DNA of 64,000 bases from Gammaproteobacteria bacterium (lineage in GTDB: Bacteria > Pseudomonadota > Gammaproteobacteria > Eutrophobiales > Eutrophobiaceae). Made by a program: the position numbers and the translations under genes. The notes below the pieces were generated by a model that had not been told where the DNA came from, did no database searches, and worked only from the letters and a program-made list of their open reading frames with translations. Below are positions 21,581 to 32,479 of the stretch, piece after piece; position 1 is the first letter of the stretch, and every line of letters begins with the position of its first letter. The stretch lies in contig CANKCB010000006.1 of assembly GCA_947480335.1 (NCBI GenBank), forward strand, positions 13,148-77,147, read 5' to 3'.

Positions 21581-22879
21581 CTAGAAGTTATAGCCCCGTT
21601 CATCATGCGAGACCAGATCCAACCCCTCCATTTCCTGCTCATCTGTGACACGCAATCCTATCATCGCGTCAATTATTTTTAATAGTATGTAGGAAATCAC
21701 TCCACACCAGGCAGCGGTGGCAATAATTCCAGTTAACTGTGTTATCACTTGTGAACCCATGGAAACTTTCAAACCCAGACCACCGAACGTGTCAGCTGCA
21801 AATACACCTGTTAACAAGGTACCCAGAATTCCGCCAACACCGTGCACCGGAAAAACGTCCAGTGAATCATCTATGTGCAAACCACGTTTGACATATTGGG
21901 TAGAGTAATAACAAATTACTCCGGCCGAGATTCCGATTATCAATGCACCTGCAGGACCGACAAATCCGGAAGCCGGTGTAATCGTACCTAAACCGGCTAC
22001 CATGCCGGTGACAATTCCCAGTACACTGGGTTTGCCATGCTTGAGCCATTCACAACTCATCCAGGTGAGCGAACCGGCCGCTGCTGAGATATGGGTTACT
22101 GTCATGGCCATACCGGCATTCGCATTGGCCGCTAGCGCGCTACCGGCATTAAAACCAAACCAGCCAACCCACAACATCGAAGCTCCGGTTATCACAAGTG
22201 TCATATTGTGCGGGGGCATGGCCACCGACGGGAACCCTCTGCGTTTGCCCAGTATGACTGCAGCCACCAGCGCGGCTATACCGGCATTCACATGCACTAC
22301 GGCACCACCGGCAAAATCCAGAAAACCCATCTTACTGAGCCATCCGCCACCCCAAATCCAGTGACAAACCGGTGCATAGACCAACAGCATCCACAAGGAA
22401 GTAAACCACAACACGGCCGAAAATTTCATACGTTCTGCTGTTGCACCGATGATCAAGGCCGGAGTAATGATGGCAAAGGTCATCTGAAACATGAAAAACA
22501 CGGTTTCAGGTAAATCTCCCGTCATACTGTTCAGATTGACTGAGTCCATAAAGAATTTGCTAAGACCAATCATGTTATTGAGGCTGCCACCATTACCAAA
22601 TGCCAGCGCATAACCCGCCACCATCCACAGAATGGACATTAGGCATGCTATAGCAAAACATTGCATGGTAACGGACAACACGTTTTTGTGACGAACCAGT
22701 CCGCTATAAAATAATGCAAGACCCGGTAAGGTCATAAATAACACCAGCGCGGTTGAAGTCAGTATCCAGGCCGTATTGGCCCCGTTAATCGCGACATTCT
22801 GGGCAAAAGCAAACTGAGGAATCAAGATACTAATCAGGGCTATCATCCACAAAGGCTTGTTGAAATTTCCGATTTTCAT
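21581..22879 (-). CDS. amtB: Ammonium transporter (Amt family)
   Basis: 432 aa with a signal peptide and 11 TM helices of Amt/MEP type. Immediately downstream of glnK. Confidence 0.9.
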   Translation of the reverse strand: MKIGNFNKPLWMIALISILIPQFAFAQNVAINGANTAWILTSTALVLFMTLPGLALFYSGLVRHKNVLSVTMQCFAIACLMSILWMVAGYALAFGNGGSLNNMIGLSKFFMDSVNLNSMTGDLPETVFFMFQMTFAIITPALIIGATAERMKFSAVLWFTSLWMLLVYAPVCHWIWGGGWLSKMGFLDFAGGAVVHVNAGIAALVAAVILGKRRGFPSVAMPPHNMTLVITGASMLWVGWFGFNAGSALAANANAGMAMTVTHISAAAGSLTWMSCEWLKHGKPSVLGIVTGMVAGLGTITPASGFVGPAGALIIGISAGVICYYSTQYVKRGLHIDDSLDVFPVHGVGGILGTLLTGVFAADTFGGLGLKVSMGSQVITQLTGIIATAAWCGVISYILLKIIDAMIGLRVTDEQEMEGLDLVSHDERGYNF

Positions 22880-22896
22880 ATTTCTTTCTCCAGAGA

Positions 22897-23253
<357 letters not shown>

Positions 23254-23340
23254 CTAATATTTTTAGTGTTTTTTGATCTCTATTCAGGCACAAATAAAGT
23301 GCAAATTGCTCCAAAATTGCCCTGAATACGGCAAAAATAG

Positions 23341-23356
23341 TGCACGATATGTGCCA
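23341..23356 (-). promoter_or_regulatory. Sigma54-like -24/-12 element upstream of glnK-amtB
   Basis: The minus strand reads TGGCACATATCGTGCA (GG and GC correctly spaced). About 105 nt upstream of the glnK start. Also nearly palindromic, so identity is ambiguous. Confidence 0.4.
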
Positions 23357-23562
23357 CAAAATAATAGTGTAATAATAACAACAGGTTACAAGACTTCATT
23401 CGTCTGAATAGAGGGAAAAACATGCTGGAAATGCACCAAAATAAGACGTTTTTTAAGCACTACGCCCTGTTTTGGTTCAATTTAATTGATTATTAACGGG
23501 GAATTTAACCCGCTTGCGCTGGCAGGTTTGAAGTACAGTCAGGCCTAAGCTGAACCTGATGT

Positions 23563-23919
<357 letters not shown>

Positions 23920-23961
23920 TCATTTCGAGACTGCTATGCAATATAAGTATAACCCTTACTG

Positions 23962-24000
23962 ATAAAAAATGCAGGGTACACTTGTCAGTGTACCCTGCAT
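23962..24000 (-). terminator. Rho-independent terminator after second amt
   Basis: Perfect 13-bp stem ATGCAGGGTACAC-TTGTCA-GTGTACCCTGCAT. On the minus strand it is followed by TTTTTTAT. Confidence 0.7.
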
Positions 24001-24012
24001 GAATTTGGACTA

Positions 24013-25371
24013 TTACAGATTATAACCGCGCTCGTTATGCATGGAGACGTCCAGACCTTCCGTTTCCTGATCTTCGGTCACTCTTAGACCAATTATCACA
24101 TCAACCACTTTAAGGATGATGACAGTCAGGATACCAGTGTAAATCAGCGTGAATAACACACCTTTACATTGTGTCATTAACTGACCTACTATCGTTACAC
24201 CTTCAGCTAGACCTACACCACCCAGACTGGCATCAGCGCAAAGACCGGTCAGGATTGCACCGATGATACCGCCAACACAGTGCACACCGAATACATCCAG
24301 CGAATCATCATAACCAATGGCCTTCTTCAGCTTTACCGAGGCGAGGAAACAACCCACTCCCGCTGCAGCACCAATGATCAGCGCGCCAATAGGACCGGCT
24401 GTTCCAGATGCCGGTGTAATCGCCACCAGTCCGGCAACCGCACCCGAAGCAATACCAAGTACACTGGGCTTACCGTGCGAAAACCATTCTATCGTCATCC
24501 AGGTCAATGCAGCAGCAGCCGTCGCGATTTGTGTAACGGCCATCGCCATACCAGCAGTACCGTTTGCAGCAACAGCTGAACCGGCGTTGAAACCAAACCA
24601 GCCTACCCACAGCATACCCGCACCGATGATGGTGAAGTTCAGGTTATGCGGCATCATCGGGCTGGTCGGATAACCCTTGCGTTTACCCAGCATGATGGCA
24701 GCAATCAAACCGGCAATACCCGCATTGATGTGTACGACTGTACCACCAGCGAAATCAAGCACGCCCCAGTCCCACAACAGACCACCAGCACCACTCCAGA
24801 CCATATGTGCGATCGGGAAATAAACCAGCGTTACCCAGATACCCATGAACAGTAACATCGCAGAGAACTTCATACGTTCTGCAAAGGCACCGACGATAAG
24901 TGCCGGGGTAATAATCGCGAAGGTCATCTGGAATGTCATAAACACACTTTCCGGAATCGCGTAGGTCAGACTGGCATTAGTCATGCCGTTCAGAAATAAG
25001 CGGCTGGTACCACCGATGAACGAGTTAAAGTTGACCACACCTGACTCCATTCCTGTGACATCAAAGGCCAGACTGTAGCCATAAACCATCCACAGAATCG
25101 AGACCAGACAGGTAATGGCAAAACATTGCATCATTACTGACAGCACGTTTTTGCTTCTCACCATGCCGGCATAAAACAATGACAATCCGGGTATGGTCAT
25201 AAACAGCACCAGAGCAGTTGAAGTCAGCATCCAGGCTGTATCACCTGAATTCAGCACAGCATCTTGCGCCATTACCAGTGTAGGGCTTAACAAAGCAGAT
25301 AATGCCAGCAAGCTTTTGCCCATCCTGGATTTAAATGCATTGGTAAATGCATATTTAATTAAATGTGACAT
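24013..25371 (-). CDS. amtB: Ammonium transporter, second paralogue
   Basis: Amt family. Track ORF 24013..25551 was trimmed to the start MSHLIKY (ATG 25371, GAGG Shine-Dalgarno) followed by a signal peptide. Confidence 0.85.
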   Translation of the reverse strand: MSHLIKYAFTNAFKSRMGKSLLALSALLSPTLVMAQDAVLNSGDTAWMLTSTALVLFMTIPGLSLFYAGMVRSKNVLSVMMQCFAITCLVSILWMVYGYSLAFDVTGMESGVVNFNSFIGGTSRLFLNGMTNASLTYAIPESVFMTFQMTFAIITPALIVGAFAERMKFSAMLLFMGIWVTLVYFPIAHMVWSGAGGLLWDWGVLDFAGGTVVHINAGIAGLIAAIMLGKRKGYPTSPMMPHNLNFTIIGAGMLWVGWFGFNAGSAVAANGTAGMAMAVTQIATAAAALTWMTIEWFSHGKPSVLGIASGAVAGLVAITPASGTAGPIGALIIGAAAGVGCFLASVKLKKAIGYDDSLDVFGVHCVGGIIGAILTGLCADASLGGVGLAEGVTIVGQLMTQCKGVLFTLIYTGILTVIILKVVDVIIGLRVTEDQETEGLDVSMHNERGYNL

Positions 25372-25393
25372 AGTTATATTCCTCAATGCCTGA

Positions 25394-25732
<339 letters not shown>

Positions 25733-25800
25733 TTAAAATTCCTCCAGGTTTGGTTATTGCCCTGACCGACCCATGTCAATCAGGGCTTTTGATTACTATC

Positions 25801-26523
25801 TCAGAAACTTCCTGATACTGAGAAAACAACCGCTGTGTCACACAGATTGGTACCACTGAAACAATCCTTTTCTTTCAAATCAGTATCAGATGCTTTTATC
25901 GCAAAAGTGTAAGGACCGAGCACCTTGCTCAGGCTGACATTGTATTCAAGCCAGTCAGGGGTGCCCCAGGCGGCTTCATCTTTTACGCTCTGCTGACCAA
26001 TATGGAAGCCCAGACTGAAATCACTTGGCAGAGTAAAGCCCAAGTCACTGTATACCCACCAACCTGCACCGCTATTGAACGAGAAGTCGTCAGCATACAT
26101 AAAGCCGGCACCCAGTTTCGGAGCCAGATCCCCACCAAAGGTATAGCTCAAACTTGGACCTACTTCCCAATAATCTACGCCAACGCCATCACCACTCGAT
26201 GGATATTCATAATAAGTACCGAGTAATTTCCAGGCTAAACCACCATCCGTTTCACCGGCCAGGCCACCGTAATAATCGATTTCCAGTCCACCACCGAAAT
26301 TAATGTTGGATGCCCAGGTGCCGAGGAACAAACCGCTTTCATGTGCAAAATCAAAACCTCCTTGAATGGTCGGGTTATTGTCTGTCTGCGACTGGCCTCT
26401 GAATAAATAATCCGATGCCAGGGTCACATTGCCCGTGAACGAATAAGGTGAGTCCTGTGCGGACACAATTGCAGGAACCATCAGAACTACAGCTGAAAGG
26501 ATCAGGCTAAACAACTTTTTCAT
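25801..26523 (-). CDS. TorF-family putative outer-membrane porin (Gcw_chp/TIGR02001-like), copy 1
   Basis: Signal peptide. Conserved start SPYSFTGNVTLASDYLFRGQSQTDNNP and C-terminal Phe typical of this beta-barrel family. Confidence 0.65.
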   Translation of the reverse strand: MKKLFSLILSAVVLMVPAIVSAQDSPYSFTGNVTLASDYLFRGQSQTDNNPTIQGGFDFAHESGLFLGTWASNINFGGGLEIDYYGGLAGETDGGLAWKLLGTYYEYPSSGDGVGVDYWEVGPSLSYTFGGDLAPKLGAGFMYADDFSFNSGAGWWVYSDLGFTLPSDFSLGFHIGQQSVKDEAAWGTPDWLEYNVSLSKVLGPYTFAIKASDTDLKEKDCFSGTNLCDTAVVFSVSGSF

Positions 26524-26574
26524 GACTCTCTATCTCCATTGTTGATTGTATTGGTACTACTACGCTGAGAGATT

Positions 26575-26590
26575 GCATTAAGCGTGCCAT
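26575..26590 (-). promoter_or_regulatory. Sigma54 (-24/-12) promoter for porin copy 1
   Basis: The minus strand reads TGGCACGCTTAATGCA versus consensus TGGCACG-N4-TTGCA (one mismatch). About 50 nt upstream of the start at 26523. Confidence 0.55.
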
Positions 26591-26673
26591 TAATATTTTT
26601 ATTATTAATAACAATTAGATAGGGAATTAATTTGGTTGTAATATTTCAGAAAATCTTCTGGAAACACTGATAA

Positions 26674-26690
26674 CGCACCATAGTGATGCT
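26674..26690. promoter_or_regulatory. NtrC-like enhancer half-palindrome upstream of the porin sigma54 promoter
   Basis: cGCACCatagtGaTGCt versus TGCACC-N5-GGTGCA (14/17). About 100 bp upstream of the -24/-12 element. Confidence 0.35.
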
Positions 26691-26772
26691 CTAATTTACC
26701 GCGACGCACAAACATAGTGCCATGTTGGACGAAACAGTGTTTGTTTTATACAAAACATCCACTTTGACAAAT

Positions 26773-26806
26773 AAAAAAGCCCCGACCAATTTGCATCGAT
26801 CGGGGC
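26773..26806 (-). terminator. Rho-independent terminator after porin copy 2
   Basis: GCCCCGA...TCGGGGC hairpin. On the minus strand it is followed by TTTTTTATTTG. Confidence 0.6.
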
Positions 26807-26849
26807 TGATTGGTCAGATTACTGACCAGACTAAGTTTTACAGGATCTG

Positions 26850-27572
26850 TTAGAAACTACCAGATATTGATAAAATTACAGTCGTATCACAGGTATTGGC
26901 ACCACCAAAACACTCGGAAGGTTTCAAGTCAGTATCTGAAACCTTGATTCCCAAGTTATACGGACCAATTGCCTTGGTCAAACTGGCATTGTATTCCAGC
27001 CAATCCGGGGTACCCCAGGTTGCTTCATCCTGAATAGACTGCTGTCCAAGGTGGAAGCCCAGGCTGAAATCAGCTGGTAAGGTAAAGCCCAAATCACTGT
27101 ATACAAACCAACCTTCACCACTGTTATAGGAGAAGTCGTCGGCATACATGAAGCCGGCGCCCAGTGTTGGGGCCAATTCACCACCAAAGGTATAGGTCAG
27201 ACTTGGACCTGCTTCCCAGTAATCAGCGCCTACACCATCACCACTGGAAGGATACTGATAGTAGATACCATTCAGATCCCAAGACAGCCCATCAACTAAC
27301 TCACCGGTCATACCACCGTAGTAGTCAATTTCCAGACCACCAGCAAAATTGATATTGGATGCCCAGGTACCCAGATACAGGCCAGACTCATGAGAATAGT
27401 CAAAACCACCCTGAATTGTCGGGTTATTATCGGTCTGTGACTGGCCTCTGAACAGGTAATCGGACGCCAGGGTCACATTGCCAGTGAAACTGTATGGTGA
27501 GTCCTGCGCAATGGATGCAAGCGGTATGGCTGCAATGACTAATGTAGCTACTATCTTGGATAATTTATTCAT
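26850..27572 (-). CDS. TorF-family putative outer-membrane porin, copy 2 (tandem paralogue, ~75-80% aa identity to copy 1)
   Basis: Same length (240 aa) and motifs as copy 1. Confidence 0.65.
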   Translation of the reverse strand: MNKLSKIVATLVIAAIPLASIAQDSPYSFTGNVTLASDYLFRGQSQTDNNPTIQGGFDYSHESGLYLGTWASNINFAGGLEIDYYGGMTGELVDGLSWDLNGIYYQYPSSGDGVGADYWEAGPSLTYTFGGELAPTLGAGFMYADDFSYNSGEGWFVYSDLGFTLPADFSLGFHLGQQSIQDEATWGTPDWLEYNASLTKAIGPYNLGIKVSDTDLKPSECFGGANTCDTTVILSISGSF

Positions 27573-27797
27573 ATTTAATTTAACTCCTTGGTTTTAAAAA
27601 CAAATTTACTACTGCTGCAAATATAACACAGTTGTGTTGTATTTTATTCACAATGTAGTAAAAACACTATTTACTCTGTAAGTTCAAATATGGTGCATGA
27701 AAGGACGACTTCAGCATTAATAAGCTCAAATTCTCTATGTGGTCAGGTAGCATCAATATGCACTGCAACTTCATATGCCTGCTGATAACATAGCCGC

Positions 27798-28052
27798 ATG
27801 TTTAAACCTGAAAATTTCACTGACGCCGTACAGCAATTCTCAAAACTGTTGCCCGTTGATATACAACAGGCCAGATCAGACATTGAAAAAAATGTGAAAG
27901 CGGCCATGTCCGCTACTCTGGCAAAAATGGATCTGGTTACACGTGAGGAGTTCGATATACAGGTAGCATTGCTTGCCAAAACTCGTGCGCTGGTAAATGA
28001 GCTGGAAGACAAACTCAGCCAACTGGAAGTAAAATCAAACTCAGCGAAGTAA
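27798..28052 (+). CDS. ubiK: Ubiquinone biosynthesis accessory factor UbiK (YqiC/BMFP family)
   Basis: 84 aa coiled-coil. MDLVTREEFDIQVALLAKTRALVNELEDKL resembles E. coli YqiC. Confidence 0.7.
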   Translation: MFKPENFTDAVQQFSKLLPVDIQQARSDIEKNVKAAMSATLAKMDLVTREEFDIQVALLAKTRALVNELEDKLSQLEVKSNSAK

Positions 28053-28091
28053 CACCTCTTATAAGGAATTGTTAATCATGCATAAAGGAAT

Positions 28092-29614
28092 ATGCTCATG
28101 GACGTCGCCGTTGTATTTAGCCGCGCACTCGCCGGAATAAACTCACCTCAGGTCACCATCGAAGTCCATTTGTCACGTGGACTGCCCGGCATGTCAATTG
28201 TTGGGCTGCCAGAAACTGCCGTGAAGGAAAGTCGGGATAGAGTGCGCAGCGCCCTGCTCAATAATCATTTTGATTTTCCGCTACAACGTATAACCGTCAA
28301 CCTGGCGCCGGCCGATCTACCCAAGGAAGGTGGACGTTATGATTTACCGATTGCCATAGGAATACTCGCCGCGTCGAGTCAGATTCCAATCAATCAATTG
28401 CAACACTATGAGTTTGTCGGCGAACTAGCCCTGACCGGTGAATTAAGAGCAGTCCATGGTTGCCTGCCCATGGCCAATTCAACCCGCTCTACAGGACGTA
28501 GTCTGATTTTACCAAGAACCAATGCGGAAGAAGCGGCGTTGATACCCGACTTGGCGATTTACCCGGCAACGCATTTGTTACAGGTCTGCACCATTTGACC
28601 GGTAGCCATCCGCTTGCAGAATTCCATTGCACGCACACGAGGCAGACTCGCCAATATCCGAACCTGGTTGATATACGCGGCCAACATCAAGCCAAACGAG
28701 CGATCGAAATTGCCGCAGCGGGCAGTCATAACCTGCTGATGATAGGGCCTCCTGGTACGGGCAAAACCATGCTCGCAGAAAGATTGCCAGGACTACTGCC
28801 ACCCATGAGTGAGACCCAATCACTGGAATCGGCGGCTATCTGCTCGATTAGCAATCAGGGATTTAATATTCAAAGCTGGGGCCAGCGTCCGTTCCGCAGT
28901 CCACACCATACATCGTCTGCAATCGCACTGGTCGGAGGTGGCAGTCATCCACGACCAGGAGAGATTTCACTCGCGCATCAGGGTGTGCTGTTTCTGGATG
29001 AGTTACCGGAATTTGATCGCAAGGTACTCGAAGTGTTACGTGAACCGCTGGAATCGGGAAAGATCACCATCTCCCGAGCAGCACATCAGGCAGAGTTTCC
29101 AGCACGCTTCCAGTTGGTTGCCGCAATGAATCCCTGCCCGTGTGGATATTACACCGATACCTCTGGCCGTTGTGAATGTACCGCCGAACAAATCCGACGT
29201 TACCGTTCCCGCATTTCAGGCCCATTATTGGATCGTATCGACATGCAAATTGAAGTACCCAACATGACCCGTCAGATAATCACCGGCGCAGATACCGGCA
29301 AACGGGAAACCAGTGCCGAAGTACATGAACGCGTGGTGGTGGCCTACCAGCTGCAATTACAACGCGCCGGGAAACCCAATAACTGGCTGGACAATAGTGA
29401 AGTGGAACGCTACTGCCCACTTGATACGCAACAGCGACAACTGCTGGAAAAAATAATCGTTAAATACAATCTGTCTGCCAAAGCGTTGCATCGCATCCTG
29501 AAAGTAGCCAGGACCATTGCAGACCTTGCCCAATCCGATTCCATACTCACTCCCCATCTGCAAGAAGCTATAAATTACCGACGACTTGATCGTTTGCAAC
29601 GTCAGCAAAATTAA
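28092..29614 (+). pseudogene. comM: Mg-chelatase-like ATPase ComM/YifB, split by a -1 frameshift near 28588-28595 (genuine pseudogene or sequencing error)
   Basis: ORF 28092..28598 matches the YifB N-terminus and Lon-like domain. ORF 28595..29614 matches the AAA+ module (Walker A GPPGTGKTM) and C-terminus. Restoring one base in ACCATTTG gives the continuous ...LQVCTHLTGSHPLAE. Confidence 0.7.
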
Positions 29615-29718
29615 TAGTAAACCTGATCCAAATCAAAATTTTTCAGTTGTTTTTGAACAATAATCACCATGAGAGTGATTCTCAAGTAAATCTTCTACTC
29701 AGCATTATAAATCTGTAT

Positions 29719-29738
29719 TTGTAATGCGAATCATTATC
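29719..29738 (+). promoter_or_regulatory. Fur box overlapping the promoter of the TonB-dependent receptor
   Basis: tGTAATGcGAATCATTATC versus consensus GATAATGATAATCATTATC. The 3' 10-mer is an exact match. A TATAAT-like -10 follows at 29741-29747. Confidence 0.55.
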
Positions 29739-29799
29739 ATTTATAATATTAAAAGTAGGTAAGATATTGTTTTATTTGACTAATATAAAGAGGCCATCA

Positions 29800-31947
29800 A
29801 TGAACAGACAAAATCTAGGCAAAATGGTTAATCCATTATTACTGAAACTGCTTGGTGGTGTTCTGTCCTGTTTGCTCCTGACTGAAGCCTATGCCCAATC
29901 CCCGGCACACATCGAAGAAATTATCGTGAACGGTGAAGCTGGTCATGCCTACAAAATCCAGCAAACCAGCTCGGCCACAAAAACTGACACCTTGCTGCGT
30001 GATATTCCCCAGTCCATATCCGTCGTGACATCGGAACAAACCCGTGACCAGTCTGCACAGGGTCTGGCTGAAGCGTTACGTTATATTCCTGGCGTTAGTT
30101 TTGCCCAGGGCGAAGGTAATCGGGAAACACCGATCTTTCGTGGTATTTCCACGACCGGCGATTTTTTTGTCGATGGGGTACGCGATGACGTCCAGTATTA
30201 CCGCGATCTGTACAACATCGAACGTGTCGAAGTGTTTCGCGGACCGAATGCGATGATCTTTGGTCGTGGTGCAACAGGTGGGCTAATTAACCGTGTCACC
30301 AAAACACCGTCCAGCCTGCCCCACCAGTCCGGTTCACTGACCTTTGGTTCACATACGAATCGTCGTGTCATTGCAGACATCAATCAACCAGTGAACGACA
30401 CTCTGGCCGTTCGTGTGAATGGTTTATACGAAAATTCCGAAAGTTATCGCGAGGGTGTCTGGTTAAAACGCAAAGGCATTGCCCCCTCCGCTTCCTGGCA
30501 AGCGAATGCGAACACCATGCTACAGATGAACTATGAACACTTTGAAGATGATCGCATTGCTGATCGCGGCATCAGCTCGTATCAGGGTAAACCGCTCAAG
30601 ACTAGCGCATCGACTTTTTTTGGAAACGCAGAAGCCAGCCCGACCTGGTCCAGACTGGACGCGGTATCTGGCCTGATTGAACACGACTTTGCCAACGGCC
30701 TTACCCTGCGTAATCGCAGCCGTTGGGCCATACAGGACAAGTTTTACCAGAATGTGTTTGCCGGCAATGTGAATGCGACAGGCACCAGCGTGGCCATTTC
30801 TGCCTATAACAATGCCATGTCGCGCAAAAACCTGTTTAACCAGACGGACCTCATCTTGCCGGTACACACTGGCAAGATTGAACACACTTTACTGGCCGGC
30901 GTTGAACTCGGCGAACAGGATACGAAAAATTTACGTACTACCGGTTTCTTTGCTGGCAATCTCGCTACTGTTAATGTCCCGCTGTCCAACCCGGTTACGC
31001 CGCCGCCAATTACTTACAGACCCAATGCCACCGATGCGAACAACAATGGCACATCGCAGCTAGCCGCTGTCTATGCACAGAACCAGGTCAGAATCAGTAG
31101 CCATTTCCAGATTGTGGCCGGTCTGCGCTATGACCGCTTCAAAATGAACTTTAAAAACAACCCTACTAGCCAGTCATTCAATATCACAGACGAGTTCGTC
31201 TCTCCACGTGTGGGCATAATCTACAACCCGCTCGCCACCCTGTCGCTGTATGCCAACTACAGCCTGGCAAACCAGCCGCGCGCCGGAGACCAGTTGTCTT
31301 CGTTGACCCTGACCAACGCAAATCTGAAACCGGAGAAGTTCAATAACTATGAACTCGGTGCAAAGTGGGACATCGCCGATGATATGGCCGCTACCGCATC
31401 TGTGTTCCGATTGGATCGCACCAATGTGATCGTACTGGACCCAACCGACCCGACCAACACGCGTACCATTTTAAGTGATGGCCAGCGTACCAAAGGCGTC
31501 GAACTCGATTTAACCGGTCAGCTCAGTCCAAACTGGAGTATTGCGGGCGGTTATGCCTACAGCGATGCGCGATTCACCGCCAACACCAGCACAAGCTTGC
31601 GGGCAGGAGCGCGGGTTCGTCAAACACCCGAACACACGTTCAGTTTGTGGAACCGCTATGATGTGCTGCCAAGGCTGGGAGCCGGGCTGGGTATCGTGCA
31701 TATTGCGTCCCGGTTCGCGGCAAATGAATTGATTGCGACTGTCGATGCGCCAATCCCGAATGTGACACTGCCGGCATACACGCGGGTGGATGCCGCCTTG
31801 TTCTTCAAAATCAACGAATCCTGGCAGGCCCAGCTGAATGTTGAAAACGTGCTGAACGAAAACTATTTCATCAGCGCAAACAGCAATACCAATATCACGC
31901 CCGGCTCGCCACGCAGTCTGCGTGCCAGTGTGAACGTCCATTTCTGA
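29800..31947 (+). CDS. TonB-dependent outer-membrane receptor (siderophore-type)
   Basis: Signal peptide, plug-domain motifs (TonB box region EEIIVNGE, DTLLRDIPQSISVVT) and a 22-strand barrel ending ...SVNVHF. Start ATG 29800 with AAAGAGG Shine-Dalgarno. Confidence 0.85.
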   Translation: MNRQNLGKMVNPLLLKLLGGVLSCLLLTEAYAQSPAHIEEIIVNGEAGHAYKIQQTSSATKTDTLLRDIPQSISVVTSEQTRDQSAQGLAEALRYIPGVSFAQGEGNRETPIFRGISTTGDFFVDGVRDDVQYYRDLYNIERVEVFRGPNAMIFGRGATGGLINRVTKTPSSLPHQSGSLTFGSHTNRRVIADINQPVNDTLAVRVNGLYENSESYREGVWLKRKGIAPSASWQANANTMLQMNYEHFEDDRIADRGISSYQGKPLKTSASTFFGNAEASPTWSRLDAVSGLIEHDFANGLTLRNRSRWAIQDKFYQNVFAGNVNATGTSVAISAYNNAMSRKNLFNQTDLILPVHTGKIEHTLLAGVELGEQDTKNLRTTGFFAGNLATVNVPLSNPVTPPPITYRPNATDANNNGTSQLAAVYAQNQVRISSHFQIVAGLRYDRFKMNFKNNPTSQSFNITDEFVSPRVGIIYNPLATLSLYANYSLANQPRAGDQLSSLTLTNANLKPEKFNNYELGAKWDIADDMAATASVFRLDRTNVIVLDPTDPTNTRTILSDGQRTKGVELDLTGQLSPNWSIAGGYAYSDARFTANTSTSLRAGARVRQTPEHTFSLWNRYDVLPRLGAGLGIVHIASRFAANELIATVDAPIPNVTLPAYTRVDAALFFKINESWQAQLNVENVLNENYFISANSNTNITPGSPRSLRASVNVHF

Positions 31948-32082
31948 CCATCCGTTCGCTGCGTGGCAAACGGGAGCAATCAGACTCTGTTTGCCCGCAG
32001 AAAGGGTTGGTATCAGAAGAGGCTAAACTGGCGATGGCTGAACTGACTTGCATCAAGGTTGGCTATCCTGTCAAATAAGGGC

Positions 32083-32466
32083 ATGACAAAAAAACGCCAT
32101 CAGGAAATCCGCATCACCATCGAAACGTCCTACATCGAGGAGCAATCGGTACCCGAGCAGGCTCGGTTCGTGTTCTCGTATACGATCCATATCCAGAATG
32201 GCACCAGTGAACCGGTCAAACTGTTGCGGCGTCACTGGATCATTACCGACGCGAATAACAAAATCCAGGAAGTACGTGGTGAAGGTGTCGTCGGCGTCCA
32301 GCCGTATCTGAATCCGGAACAGTCGTTCACCTACACCAGCGGCGCCATACTGGAAACCCCGGTTGGTTGCATGCAAGGCAGCTATTACTTTATTACCGAT
32401 GACGGTATCGAATTCGAAGCGCCTATCCCGGTGTTTCGATTGTCTACCTCGGTCACCATGCACTAG
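32083..32466 (+). CDS. apaG: Protein ApaG (DUF525)
   Basis: ITIETSYIEEQSVPEQARFVFSYTIHIQN...GEGVVGVQP resembles E. coli ApaG. Confidence 0.8.
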   Translation: MTKKRHQEIRITIETSYIEEQSVPEQARFVFSYTIHIQNGTSEPVKLLRRHWIITDANNKIQEVRGEGVVGVQPYLNPEQSFTYTSGAILETPVGCMQGSYYFITDDGIEFEAPIPVFRLSTSVTMH

Positions 32467-32479
32467 CAGTACAGCAGCT

